Notes: generated by a model from the letters alone, not told the origin. A stretch of DNA of 64,000 bases from Clostridia bacterium (GCA_050951325.1 JBMNIW010000003.1:64001-128000), one strand, 5' to 3'. Shown: positions 1 through 9,969, counted from the stretch's first letter. Program-made: numbers and translations.

Positions 1-787
1 CAGAGCATTGTGGGTGGCAAAGGAAAGAAATATTGAATATATAATTGATGACGGCCTTTTAATCAGGGGTAATGAGATTATTGCCGGCAAGTCAGCCAAG
101 AGGGAAAAGACCCGTATTGGCTCTATTAAGACTGCCGTTTTTACCAGCGATGATCACGCTTTTGAAGTTGCACAGCAGTTAAAGCTGCGCAATGCCAAAA
201 GCATTCTTATTCTTGGTACTTCCGACAACATGGTAAAAAGAATTGCTAAAAGGCTTGGGTTAAACAAGATAGATAAAACCATATATATCGAAGAAATATC
301 AAGCAAGTTTGAAATACAGCAGGCATTAAATACAAGAAGAAGTGAAGGAAAGCATGTAATTCCCGTCCCTACCCTGGAGCTGAAAAAAGACTTTTCAGGT
401 TTCATGCTGGATCCTTTGAACATATTAAGAAGAAAAGGTATAGGTGATTATGAATCCCTGGGTGAAAAGTCAGTTGTAAGGCCAACATTTAGTTATCTTG
501 GAAAATACACCATATCAGACTATACACTTTACCAGCTGGTGGAACATATTGTGTTGAAAGAAGAAGGAGTTGCAAAACTCGGAAGATTCAGGGCTGAAAC
601 AAGCGAATCAGGTATCAGCCTGAATATTGAGTTTGTTTTGTACTATGGATACAATATACCGGAGCTGTTTAAAAAACTGAAAGCAAAAATAATTGAGGAA
701 ATAGAAAGAATAACATCGATAAATATAGATTCAATAGTCCTTATTGCAAAAAGTCTTGTTGTCAAACCAAAAAGCAAGGCCAATTAA
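1..787 (+). CDS. Clostridial conserved protein with C-terminal Asp23/Gls24-like domain (5' end lies before the window)
   Basis: Frame open at the window edge; IIDDGLLI..AGKSAK and EKSVVRPTFSYLG motifs; C-terminal Asp23-like segment (YGYNIPE...IERITSINIDSI). Stop overlaps the convergent ytxC stop (TTAA 784-787). Confidence 0.6.
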   Translation, partial: RALWVAKERNIEYIIDDGLLIRGNEIIAGKSAKREKTRIGSIKTAVFTSDDHAFEVAQQLKLRNAKSILILGTSDNMVKRIAKRLGLNKIDKTIYIEEISSKFEIQQALNTRRSEGKHVIPVPTLELKKDFSGFMLDPLNILRRKGIGDYESLGEKSVVRPTFSYLGKYTISDYTLYQLVEHIVLKEEGVAKLGRFRAETSESGISLNIEFVLYYGYNIPELFKKLKAKIIEEIERITSINIDSIVLIAKSLVVKPKSKAN

Positions 788-1533
788 TTGTTTGAAATAA
801 TTATTCTTCCTGCAAAAACACCCTTGATGGTTTCTACAAGTTCAGGATTTCCACTTTTGTTTTCATTGTGAATTATGATTCTATTAGGTGCAACAGCGAT
901 TAAAGTAGTAACCATCAGATCATCAAGGCTTGCATTTATTGCCATTTTGCTGTCCACAAAGCCTTCCAGACATTTGAATGTAATATCCATTCCCTCATCG
1001 TTATAGATTCTGTGCTGTCCATCTTCCCCAGTAATAATATGCACTTCCTTGTATTCAGATTTCTGTTGCTTGACAAAATTCTTCAGAAGTTCAATATATT
1101 CCTCATATTCCTTTTGAGCAAGATATTCACTTATACAAATATCAGACAGAGCCTTTATTCTGTTTATTAGCTCACGCAACCTGAAATTTGCAAAACCGTC
1201 AACTGAAATTGTTCTGTGCAATTTCAAGTATTCACTCAAGCTGTGTTCAACTATATCGGGATGAACCCTTATACAGGATGCAACATCTATTATCCTTTCA
1301 AAAACAACGTATCTGTCATCTTTTTCAAATATCTTTGACTTTATCAAATAGTATTTTATTTTTCTTATCAATACATAATCCCAAATATATTCGGCCAAAA
1401 CCTTGGAAATCTGGTTGATTCCAATCCTGCATTTTACAAAAGGCTCGTCATACCGGGCACCAGGCAGTTTTATCATTAAAAAACGCACCAGTTCCTCCCT
1501 GTTGCTGACAGATGTAATCCTGAAAGGATACAT
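784..1533 (-). CDS. ytxC: Putative sporulation protein YtxC
   Basis: ISVDGFANFRL, EYEEYIELLKNFV, DDLMVTTLIAVAP..IIIH and TIKGVF motifs; GGGAGG RBS. Confidence 0.8.
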   Translation of the reverse strand: MYPFRITSVSNREELVRFLMIKLPGARYDEPFVKCRIGINQISKVLAEYIWDYVLIRKIKYYLIKSKIFEKDDRYVVFERIIDVASCIRVHPDIVEHSLSEYLKLHRTISVDGFANFRLRELINRIKALSDICISEYLAQKEYEEYIELLKNFVKQQKSEYKEVHIITGEDGQHRIYNDEGMDITFKCLEGFVDSKMAINASLDDLMVTTLIAVAPNRIIIHNENKSGNPELVETIKGVFAGRIIISNN

Positions 1534-1594
1534 AAGCTAACCTCCCTGACTTCCTGTTTTCATTATATGCTCATACAGGTTGTTCTCGTGCATG

Positions 1595-2302
1595 CTACAA
1601 CTTGTATATTTGTATTCCTCCGATATCTTCAAGAAGATCGTCGTTCAGTTCCAAAATATCAATACCTTGTTTTAATAAGAACTCCTTTACCTTACAACCT
1701 TCCCTGTGATATTCAAGGCTACCTGTAAGCAAAAGACCCAAATTTTCAATATATCCGCTGCAACCGCCTATGAATCCCCTATCATAACCTTTTAGAATTA
1801 TATCGTCACCGTTGAAGCAAAAGCACTTGTCTCCCAGCTCTTTTGCTTTTTTTTCGATGCCTTTGTCGGTTGTCAGAATAAAATCTTTTACACATATGGA
1901 GGAACAACCTGCATAACCCTGCCGAACATTGACAAAATTGAATCCTTTGTCTGTAAAAACTCTTTTCACAATACAATCGGTATATTTTGTATTATGATAT
2001 ATATTTCTTCCCACTTTCAGCGCGTTATATGCAATATTTCCCGGATATTTTGGCAAAATTTGCGTATTACCTTCAATCAGTTTTATTCCAGTATCCTTCA
2101 AAGAATTCAATGTTTTTTTATTAATGTCCTTTGCATATACAAGAGTGTTTTGGTTAATACAAGTTATCTGCATGTCTGCATGACAGCATACAGCTTCATT
2201 GAGATTTGGATGCGGATAAACAAGAATCACATTGCCATATTTTTTTAATTCTGCAATTATTTTTTCATCAGCCTGACAACTTAAAACAAAGTATAAATTC
2301 AT
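1595..2302 (-). CDS. Clostridial conserved protein, DUF6873/GME-fold-like
   Basis: HADMQI, YPGNIAYN, VRQGYAGCS, GYDRGFIGGCSG and DIGG motifs; start re-called at ATG 2302 behind a GAGGT RBS. Confidence 0.65.
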   Translation of the reverse strand: MNLYFVLSCQADEKIIAELKKYGNVILVYPHPNLNEAVCCHADMQITCINQNTLVYAKDINKKTLNSLKDTGIKLIEGNTQILPKYPGNIAYNALKVGRNIYHNTKYTDCIVKRVFTDKGFNFVNVRQGYAGCSSICVKDFILTTDKGIEKKAKELGDKCFCFNGDDIILKGYDRGFIGGCSGYIENLGLLLTGSLEYHREGCKVKEFLLKQGIDILELNDDLLEDIGGIQIYKL

Positions 2303-2451
2303 GTAAATAACCTCATAAAAAAGTTTTTTCAGTGAATAATAACATGGGAATGCTAAAATTTCAACAATGAACAAACATGTATTAAATAAATTCAACAAGG
2401 GAAACATAAGAACGGTGGCATAACTTATGTCACAGAAAGGAGCTGAATCAA

Positions 2452-2670
2452 ATGGCCAGAACAGGTTTTGATAGATTCGCATTAATACTGGTTATAATCG
2501 GTGCTATAAACTGGTTGTCGGTGGGGCTGTTACGATTTGACATCGTAGCTGCTCTGTTTGGAGGTGCCACGAACCTTGTAAGCAGGATTATATACTCAGT
2601 AGTTGGTATTGCAGGAATCTATTCAATCAGTCTTTTGTTCAGGCACAGTCCTGTTAACGTTAGGGAATAA
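2452..2670 (+). CDS. DUF378 (YuzA-like) small membrane protein
   Basis: LVIIGAINWLSVG..FDIVAALFG...SRIIYSVVGIAG; AAGGAG RBS. Confidence 0.85.
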   Translation: MARTGFDRFALILVIIGAINWLSVGLLRFDIVAALFGGATNLVSRIIYSVVGIAGIYSISLLFRHSPVNVRE

Positions 2671-2677
2671 TTACCCT

Positions 2678-2706
2678 GAATAATAATAATATATGAGATA
2701 ATAATA
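2678..2706 (+). promoter_or_regulatory. Candidate SigG promoter of the SASP gene
   Basis: GAATA-N17-AATAATA fits the forespore SigG consensus, upstream of a SASP gene; region is AT-rich, so a chance match is possible. Confidence 0.45.
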
Positions 2707-2750
2707 TAATTGCCGGTAGTAAACCGGTATAAAAAATGGAGGTATTGAAA

Positions 2751-2945
2751 ATGGCAAGAAGCAGAAACAAGACTACCTTTGACAAGCTGAAATACGAGAT
2801 TGCCAATGAAACCGGAATTAATCTTAAGGAAGGTTACAATGGCGATTTGACTTCCAGAGAAGCTGGTACAATCGGCGGAAACATTGTTCGTAAAGTTTTT
2901 GAAAGCTATACCGGAAACAATTATTATACAGGTAAACCTCAATAA
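2751..2945 (+). CDS. Alpha/beta-type small acid-soluble spore protein
   Basis: KLKYEIANETG...GYNGDLTSREAGTIGGNIVRK; GGAGG RBS before ATG 2751. Confidence 0.9.
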   Translation: MARSRNKTTFDKLKYEIANETGINLKEGYNGDLTSREAGTIGGNIVRKVFESYTGNNYYTGKPQ

Positions 2946-2960
2946 GGTTTGCCTCTAACC

Positions 2961-2996
2961 AAAAGGGACCAGAGAGTTTTCTCTGGTTCCTTTTTT
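2961..2996. terminator. Intrinsic terminator after the SASP gene, possibly bidirectional
   Basis: AAAA-GGGACCAGAGA-GTTT-TCTCTGGTTCC-TTTTTT. Confidence 0.85.
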
Positions 2997-3054
2997 GCTT
3001 TGTATTGGTTATTTAATTTCACCTTTAATCATATTTATTACAAAGGGATGTGAT

Positions 3055-3324
3055 ATGATGATAAGAATCATTGTTGTTTTTGCAGTAACCACCTTGTTTG
3101 TCTTCTTTCCTGAAATCTTCCCCAGGTGCGAATACTGTAGAAAAATAAAACTAAGAAAGTGTTTTCAGTTTCATAAAAGCGTAAGCCTTAAGTTGACTTA
3201 CAAAGGCAATCTGTCTCTGTGCAAAAAATGCTGCAAGAAATATAATTTTACATCCCTGGACAAATTCAGGAAACACATGCGCGTGGAAAAAAGAATAGAA
3301 TACACAGTCAGGTACAACCTGTAA
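3055..3324 (+). CDS. Small hypothetical protein: N-terminal hydrophobic anchor plus Cys-rich basic domain
   Basis: MMIRIIVVFAVTTLFVFF then CEYC...CKKCC; AAGGGATG upstream of ATG 3055. Confidence 0.6.
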   Translation: MMIRIIVVFAVTTLFVFFPEIFPRCEYCRKIKLRKCFQFHKSVSLKLTYKGNLSLCKKCCKKYNFTSLDKFRKHMRVEKRIEYTVRYNL

Positions 3325-3327
3325 CTA

Positions 3328-3687
3328 CTATGTATCCCCTGGATTTGCCAATCCCAAACTAATCAAAAGTGCCTTATCAATCTTCTTCATAAGTACCGGA
3401 TCTAAAACGCAGACTCTTTCTCTCAAACGCCTCTTGTCGATAGTCCGCAACTGTTCCAACAAAACAACTGAATTTTTACTTAGCCCTTTATACTCGTTCG
3501 CATTCAATTCCAAATGAGTGGGCAGCTTCGATTTATTCACCTGTGATGTTACGGCAGCAACAATAATGGTTGGACTATATTTGTTTCCAATATCGTTCTG
3601 CACAACCAAAACAGGTCGTACACCACCTTGTTCCGAACCAACTACAGGACTTAAATCCGCGTAATAAATATCTCCTCTTTTGATCAC
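3328..3687 (-). CDS. mazF: MazF/PemK-family endoribonuclease toxin (NdoA/EndoA-like)
   Basis: [39 protein letters not shown]; GTG start 3687 behind GGGAG. Confidence 0.95.
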   Translation of the reverse strand: MIKRGDIYYADLSPVVGSEQGGVRPVLVVQNDIGNKYSPTIIVAAVTSQVNKSKLPTHLELNANEYKGLSKNSVVLLEQLRTIDKRRLRERVCVLDPVLMKKIDKALLISLGLANPGDT

Positions 3688-3702
3688 AAGATTCACTCCC
3701 AC

Positions 3703-3993
3703 TTATGTTTTTGGAGGTTTTATGCCGTTTTTATCATCTGACTCCAATATAGACATTACTTCATTTTCAATATGCAGAAACTCCTCAGCTATCTTTAGAT
3801 TTATATCTGCCATTTCCTGATAGCCTTTTTCCATTTGCCTGACCAGTTCTTCCTGCTTTGTCTTCTTAAGAAGATCATGCAATGCTGTTTGAACAACTTG
3901 ATCCAAAGAAGAATTGTTCTCCTTTGCCAGGGCTTCTGCTTCATTAAGTAAGTCAGATGAAATAGTAATAAGTACTTTTTTGAATTCAGGCAT
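3703..3993 (-). CDS. Ribbon-helix-helix antitoxin (NdoAI/EndoAI-like)
   Basis: KKVLITISSDLL...QMEKGYQEMADINLKIAEE; between alr and mazF; GGAGG RBS. Confidence 0.85.
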   Translation of the reverse strand: MPEFKKVLITISSDLLNEAEALAKENNSSLDQVVQTALHDLLKKTKQEELVRQMEKGYQEMADINLKIAEEFLHIENEVMSILESDDKNGIKPPKT

Positions 3994-4102
3994 TAACCAA
4001 ACCCTCCAACTAAAGTGTATCCATTTTTTCCGAAGTGAATACATTATCAATAAAAATTTTTCAATTTTATTTTATTTTCCTACCATTCCAAAGTCAATGT
4101 CA

Positions 4103-5281
4103 CTAATTGTCAGGACAAATATAGTTTAGGACATTGATAATCTCGCCATTCTTTATGTAAATGCGAGGGACCCTTTTGCCAACCAAACTAATTATCTCAT
4201 AATTTATCGTCCCCATTATGTCTGCCAGTTCCTCACATGTTATACTTTTATTCATCTGCGAACCAAATAGAACAACTTCATCACCAATCTCAGGTTTCTT
4301 TTCAAAATCTGTAACATCCGCCATGCACTGATCCATGCAAATCCTTCCCACTATCGGTGCATACTCCCCATTTATAAGTACCTTTGATTTGCCGCTTAAA
4401 AGTCTTGAATATCCGTCTGCATATCCAATGGTGATTGTTGCTATTGTTCTTTTAGCATCTGTTCTGTATGTACTCCCATAACTTATACTTGTATCCTTTT
4501 CCACAGTCTTGACCATATTCACGCCAGCCTTTAATGTCATTGCAGGCTTTAGATTCAAATCATACTTTCTGGTATATTCGGACGGGTAATGTCCGTACAG
4601 AATAATACCTGCCCGTACCATGTCAAGATGCATTGAGGGATACTGAACTATGGCACCACTGTTTGCAACATGTAAAATAGGTATGTGTATGCCTATCCTC
4701 TTTAGTTCATTTACTATGCTCATGAACATCTCAAACTGATTACGGGTGTAAGTCCTGTCTTCCGTGTCCGCCTGAGCAAAGTGGGTAAACAAACCTTCCA
4801 CGATTAGTCCTTTTAATGAAGATATCTTCATTACATCCTTTACAGCACTATAACCAGGCAGGAATCCAACCCTTCCCATTCCCGTATCTACTTTTACATG
4901 AACCTTGATTGTTGCGTTTTCAGCCAAAGCCACATCCGACAAATATTTGGCCAGTTCATGGCTGTATATTGTCTGAGTTATATCATACTTAATAAGTTCT
5001 TTTGCTCTTCTAGGATCTGTATAGCTTAGAACCAATATTGGTACCTCTATTCCATTCTTTCTGAGCTGTATGGCTTCATCCAAAATAGCAACTCCAAGCC
5101 TTGATACTCCATTATCAATAAGCGTGTTTGCGACCTCCATGGCGCCATGGCCATATCCGTCAGCTTTCACAATCCCCATAATTTCCGCATTAGGTTTGGT
5201 AATACGTCTAACTTCCCTGACATTATTGCTTATCGCATCCAAATCAATTTCCGCCCACGCCCTGTTATACCTGAAATCCAT
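4103..5281 (-). CDS. alr: Alanine racemase
   Basis: IVKADGYGHGA PLP-lysine motif, KVDTGMGRVG, GYADGY, GRICMDQ. Confidence 0.97.
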   Translation of the reverse strand: MDFRYNRAWAEIDLDAISNNVREVRRITKPNAEIMGIVKADGYGHGAMEVANTLIDNGVSRLGVAILDEAIQLRKNGIEVPILVLSYTDPRRAKELIKYDITQTIYSHELAKYLSDVALAENATIKVHVKVDTGMGRVGFLPGYSAVKDVMKISSLKGLIVEGLFTHFAQADTEDRTYTRNQFEMFMSIVNELKRIGIHIPILHVANSGAIVQYPSMHLDMVRAGIILYGHYPSEYTRKYDLNLKPAMTLKAGVNMVKTVEKDTSISYGSTYRTDAKRTIATITIGYADGYSRLLSGKSKVLINGEYAPIVGRICMDQCMADVTDFEKKPEIGDEVVLFGSQMNKSITCEELADIMGTINYEIISLVGKRVPRIYIKNGEIINVLNYICPDN

Positions 5282-5290
5282 ACAATTACC

Positions 5291-6799
5291 TCACCAATCT
5301 ATTCTCAAAACCTGTGGAAGCATATTAATCAAGTCGCCTGAAAGCATTGATTCTTCTCCATAAAGCTCCCTTGCCTTGTCTCCACAAAGACCATGAACCA
5401 ACACTCCATATCTTGCAGCATCATATAGATTCATTCTTGTAGCAAATGCAGCGATTATACCGCAAAGTACATCACCGGAACCGCATACAGCCATTCCAGG
5501 ATTACCTGTACCGTTTACCGTAAATGAAGCCTTGCTGCTTGTTATGGTTGATGCGCCTTTCAAAACAGTTATTATTCCCTTGTCATTAAAGTACCCAGCA
5601 TCCTTGATTCTATCTCCCAAACTACTTCCTGTCAAACGACTGAATTCTACATAATGGGGAGTAATTACAATATTCTCTCCTGCAAGTTCGTTGCTTCTTC
5701 CTTCAAAGGCATTAATGCCGTCTGCATCTAGAATTACTTTTACATCCTTGTTCTTCAATTCACTTATCAATCTTCTTACAAATACTTTTGTCGTCTCCCT
5801 GATGCCAAGACCTGGTCCTATTACTACAGAATCACAAGTAAGAACATATTTCAGGACCTCTTCAATATGCTCTTCTCTAAAGAAACCGTCATCATTGTCT
5901 CCTATGGGTATCTTGACAGGTTCCCTTAATACACTCTCAAAAACAGTCAATAGACCTGCTGGAGAAAGCATAAACACATATCCTGCCCCGCTTCTCAAAG
6001 CGCTTTCAGCACATAGCATGGCTGCACCAGTCATGCCCCTGCTGCCAGCAACAACACATATTTTCCCATAATCCCCTTTATGGGTGTCTTTCTCCCTATT
6101 TCCAACAATATTTGATAGATTAAATCCTTCATCCAAATATTCATTGTTTCCAGCAAACATTTTTTTCACAAAAGAAGGAATACCGATGTCGGACACATAA
6201 AGCTTTCCGCAGTATTCCCTTCCAGGATAAATTACGTTTCCAGTTTTCAAGTCTGAAAGAACCACAGTAATATCAGCCTTTACACAGTAATGCGACACTT
6301 TTCCACTATCTCCGTATACTCCTGAAGGCATATCTACGGAAATAATCAGTTTCCCAGACCTGTTTATACAGTCAATAACACGAGCTGGCTCTTCCCCTAT
6401 TTCTCCTTTGAAACCGATGCCGAAGATACAATCAAGAATAACATCGCAATCCTTTAACACAAAATCTATATCACAACTCTTTGCCTTATGCATCTCCACA
6501 TTTTCTTTTTCCAGTATCCGTCTGTGTAATTCCACGTTTTCATTTGCTTTTTCGCCTACCATAATTGCATTGACACTGTATCCCAAATTGCCAAGCTTTC
6601 TCAATGCTGCCAATCCGTCAGCCCCATTATTTCCACCACCACATATTGCAACAATTCTTTTGGAATTGCCTGCATGATTTACAACACAATCCTTTATGCT
6701 GCTGGCTGCATTCTCCATAAGAGCAATTGTGTTTAACCCCAATGTCTCTTCACAATACTTGTCAATTTTCTTCATTTCATCAGTAAATACAATGCGCAT
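5291..6799 (-). CDS. nnr: Bifunctional NAD(P)H-hydrate epimerase/dehydratase
   Basis: LMENAA, GGGNNGADG, HKGDYGK, GPGLG, DADG, TPH; start re-called at 6799. Confidence 0.92.
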   Translation of the reverse strand: MRIVFTDEMKKIDKYCEETLGLNTIALMENAASSIKDCVVNHAGNSKRIVAICGGGNNGADGLAALRKLGNLGYSVNAIMVGEKANENVELHRRILEKENVEMHKAKSCDIDFVLKDCDVILDCIFGIGFKGEIGEEPARVIDCINRSGKLIISVDMPSGVYGDSGKVSHYCVKADITVVLSDLKTGNVIYPGREYCGKLYVSDIGIPSFVKKMFAGNNEYLDEGFNLSNIVGNREKDTHKGDYGKICVVAGSRGMTGAAMLCAESALRSGAGYVFMLSPAGLLTVFESVLREPVKIPIGDNDDGFFREEHIEEVLKYVLTCDSVVIGPGLGIRETTKVFVRRLISELKNKDVKVILDADGINAFEGRSNELAGENIVITPHYVEFSRLTGSSLGDRIKDAGYFNDKGIITVLKGASTITSSKASFTVNGTGNPGMAVCGSGDVLCGIIAAFATRMNLYDAARYGVLVHGLCGDKARELYGEESMLSGDLINMLPQVLRIDW

Positions 6800-6810
6800 A
6801 TGGACACCCC

Positions 6811-7608
6811 CTAGAAAAAGATTCTGCTCAGGATAACAAGAACACCAAACACAATAAAAAACGAAGTCAATACAATATCTGCCTTTGAAAATTGCAGCAC
6901 TCTGTACCTTGTACGATTCTTTCCACCTCTGTAGCATCTTGCTTCCATTGCAGTTGCCAAATCTGTAGCTCTTCTAAAGGCACCAATAAACAGTGGCACC
7001 AATACAGGTATGAAACTGCGTATTTTTTCCCGTAGTTTTTTTGAATCAAAATCCGCACCTCTTGATGCCTGTGCACGCATGATTCTTTCAGTTTCTTCTG
7101 CAAAGGTAGGTATGAATCTCAAGGCAATTGAAATCATCATTGCAATATCATGGGCAGGAAAGCCAATAACACTCAAGGGAGACATAATTCTTTCCAGACC
7201 GTCAGTAAGCATGATTGAGGTGGTTGTATAAGTCAAAAGTGAAGCTCCAGCCACAAGTAGAAGAATTCTCAGTATCATTTGTATGCTGAAGAGGATGCCT
7301 TCCTTGTATATGTCGATGAATCCTATGCTTAATAAAAGTGTTTCCCCCTGATACAAAAAGATATTAAGAATTACTGTAAATATAATTAAAAACACTATTG
7401 GCCTCAGGCTTCTTAAAACCATGCGGATTCCTACGCGGGAAGAAACAATAGCCAGAATCAAAAAGAACATGGCAATGGCATAACCCACAAAATTGTTTAT
7501 CAAAAGAACAATTACCATATAAGCAAAAGTCATTGTCAACTTTGTACGGGGGTCTGATCTATGGAATATGGATTCACCGGGTACATATTGTCCAATTGAT
7601 ATGTTCAT
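6811..7608 (-). CDS. ecfT: ECF transporter transmembrane component
   Basis: DPRTKL, AQASRGADF, AMEARCY. Confidence 0.95.
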   Translation of the reverse strand: MNISIGQYVPGESIFHRSDPRTKLTMTFAYMVIVLLINNFVGYAIAMFFLILAIVSSRVGIRMVLRSLRPIVFLIIFTVILNIFLYQGETLLLSIGFIDIYKEGILFSIQMILRILLLVAGASLLTYTTTSIMLTDGLERIMSPLSVIGFPAHDIAMMISIALRFIPTFAEETERIMRAQASRGADFDSKKLREKIRSFIPVLVPLFIGAFRRATDLATAMEARCYRGGKNRTRYRVLQFSKADIVLTSFFIVFGVLVILSRIFF

Positions 7609-8453
7609 CTCTTACTCCTTATATGTCGTAAAATTTCTTCTTTTGCTTCCTCAATAGTCAAAATATCCTCACGTATGTCCGGATTAATCTTCTTTAGGTT
7701 GCACATCAACCTTGTCACCTGGGGAATTGATAGTCCTATCTCGTCAAGTTTGTCTGCCTGCATGAATATTTCCCTCGGACAGCCTGTCATGACTACTCGG
7801 CCCTTGTTCATTACAACAACATAGTCAGTAAGCCTTGCTATGTCATCCATACTGTGGGATACCAGTACAACTGTTACTCCCTTTTCCTTGTTAAGCTTTT
7901 TTATAAATGCAAGAATTTCATCCCTACCAGCAGGATCAAGTCCAGCCGCTGGTTCGTCAAGTATAAGGTATTCAGGTTTCATTACAATAACACCAGCTAT
8001 TGCACATCTTCTCTTCTGTCCGCCTGATATCTCATAAATGGATTTATCCAAAATGGATTTGTCCAAGCCAACTATTTCAGCAGCCTCCAATACTCTCTCA
8101 GCCATCTGTGCCTCAGTCAGATTTTCTCTCTTTAAGCCAAATGCTATATCCTTGAATACAGTCTCCTCAAACAGCTGGTATTCAGGGTATTGAAAAACCA
8201 GACCTACCTTTCTCCTTATCTCTCTTATGTTCGCATTATTAATCAACTGTTCGTCTATATAAACCCTGCCAGTTTCAGGTCTTAATATTCCATTCAAATG
8301 CTGCACCAAAGTCGATTTTCCACAACCGGTGTGTCCAATAATACCTATGAAGTCTCCTTTTTTCAACTCAATACTAACATCTATCAGGGCTTCTTTTTCA
8401 AAAGGTGTCCCTCTCATGTATGAATAAAACAGGTTTTCAACTCTAATTGACAT
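7605..8453 (-). CDS. ecfA2: ECF transporter ATPase 2
   Basis: GHTGCGKST, VFQYPEYQLFEETV, SGGQKRR. Confidence 0.93.
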   Translation of the reverse strand: MSIRVENLFYSYMRGTPFEKEALIDVSIELKKGDFIGIIGHTGCGKSTLVQHLNGILRPETGRVYIDEQLINNANIREIRRKVGLVFQYPEYQLFEETVFKDIAFGLKRENLTEAQMAERVLEAAEIVGLDKSILDKSIYEISGGQKRRCAIAGVIVMKPEYLILDEPAAGLDPAGRDEILAFIKKLNKEKGVTVVLVSHSMDDIARLTDYVVVMNKGRVVMTGCPREIFMQADKLDEIGLSIPQVTRLMCNLKKINPDIREDILTIEEAKEEILRHIRSKR

Positions 8454-8457
8454 CCCT

Positions 8458-9321
8458 TTACCTCGCAATCAACGGTTTAATATGCTCTAACGCGTCATCG
8501 ACAGTTATTATATCTCTTGGCAAATCAATTCCCTCATCTGCAAGCTCGTTGACCAGTGTCGTAATCTGAGGTTGTTCAAGTCCCGCTTCCTTTAATTCTT
8601 CCGAACGAATAAAAATCTCCTTCGGCGTCCCCTCCATTATAATCCGGCCATTGTCTATCAATAATACCCTGTCCGCATTCGTTACCTCATCCATATGATG
8701 CGTTATATGGATTATAGTTATCTTGTCTTCCTCATTCAACCTCTTTATAAGGCTCATTACCTCTTTTCTACCAATCGGATCAAGCATGGCGGTTGCTTCA
8801 TCAAGCACTATGCACCTCGGCTTCATAGCCAAAATGCCTGCTATTGCGACTCTCTGCTTTTGGCCTCCTGAAAGATAATGAGGCTCGTTGTGTCTTAGTT
8901 CTGTCAGTCCGGTATACTTCAATGCAAACTCTATTCTCTTTATCATTTCTTCTCTTGGAACACCCAGGTTCTCAGGACCGAATGCTATGTCTTCCTCAAC
9001 GCTTGTACCTATTATCTGGTTGTCTGGATTCTGAAATACCATACCTACATTTTGCCTGATTTCATATAGATATTCTTCGTTGGTTGTATCTATGTCCAAA
9101 ACTGTAACGACACCTTCAGATGGAAATATGAGGGCATTGGCAAGCTTTGCAATGGTGGACTTGCCTGAACCATTCCTCCCAATTATAGCGAGGAACTCTC
9201 CTTCCTTTACTGAAAAGTTGATACCTGATACAGCATAGTTTTCATAATACGTGCTGTCTTCCTCATCATTGAAGTCATATGAATAGTATACATTGTCAAA
9301 GCTTATAAAATATTCCATCAT
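8458..9321 (-). CDS. ecfA1: ECF transporter ATPase 1
   Basis: GRNGSGKST, VFQNPDNQ, LSGGQKQRV, DEATAMLDP. Confidence 0.93.
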   Translation of the reverse strand: MMEYFISFDNVYYSYDFNDEEDSTYYENYAVSGINFSVKEGEFLAIIGRNGSGKSTIAKLANALIFPSEGVVTVLDIDTTNEEYLYEIRQNVGMVFQNPDNQIIGTSVEEDIAFGPENLGVPREEMIKRIEFALKYTGLTELRHNEPHYLSGGQKQRVAIAGILAMKPRCIVLDEATAMLDPIGRKEVMSLIKRLNEEDKITIIHITHHMDEVTNADRVLLIDNGRIIMEGTPKEIFIRSEELKEAGLEQPQITTLVNELADEGIDLPRDIITVDDALEHIKPLIAR

Positions 9322-9352
9322 TTCCTCCGAAAAAGGTATATACCCAAATATG

Positions 9353-9395
9353 AAAAAGGGAATCATAAAACTTTTGTAGAAGTATTATGAATCCC
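9353..9395 (-). terminator. Terminator of the alpha operon
   Basis: GGGATTCATAATACTT...AAGTTTTATGATTCCC-TTTTT on the minus strand after rplQ. Confidence 0.7.
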
Positions 9396-9425
9396 AACAA
9401 TTCCTTATTGCCTTTTTTGTTTTCC

Positions 9426-9947
9426 TCATATAAGTTCGAGTTTGGCCATTACAGAACCGTCGCCGCGCCTTGCATCAAGTTTGTAGATTCTTGTATAACC
9501 GCCGCTCTTTCCTTTGTACTGTACAGCTATCTCATCGAACAGCTTGTTGACAACGTTAATCTTGTTTCCTTCTTCATCCTTTGGCTGATATATCCAGGCA
9601 ATTGCCTTTCTTCTTGCCGCAAGTCTTGAAGGATTGTCAACTCTTACAAGCTCGGTTGTGATTTCTCTTTCTCTAACTCTGTATTCACGACCATTCTTCG
9701 ACTTAACTACGGTTGTTATTGGCTTTCCTTTGCCGTCTACTTTTACCCTGCTAACTGTAGCCTGTTTTGTAGTAAAGTTATCGGCTTCTTTTACTGCAGC
9801 AGCGATCAGTTTCTCAGCAATGCTCTGTACCTCTTTTGCTCTTGTCACAGTGGTAACTATTGAGCCGTGTTGGAGCAAGGCGGTAACGAGACCTCTTAAC
9901 ATAGCCTTCCTCTGATCAGTAGGACGCCCAAGTTTTCTATATCCCAT
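9426..9947 (-). CDS. rplQ: 50S ribosomal protein L17 (with large internal insertion)
   Basis: RKLGRPTDQRKAMLR, TTVTRAKE, GGYTRI..RRGD. Confidence 0.97.
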   Translation of the reverse strand: MGYRKLGRPTDQRKAMLRGLVTALLQHGSIVTTVTRAKEVQSIAEKLIAAAVKEADNFTTKQATVSRVKVDGKGKPITTVVKSKNGREYRVREREITTELVRVDNPSRLAARRKAIAWIYQPKDEEGNKINVVNKLFDEIAVQYKGKSGGYTRIYKLDARRGDGSVMAKLELI

Positions 9948-9969
9948 TAATTATTCCCTCCCTAGATTT

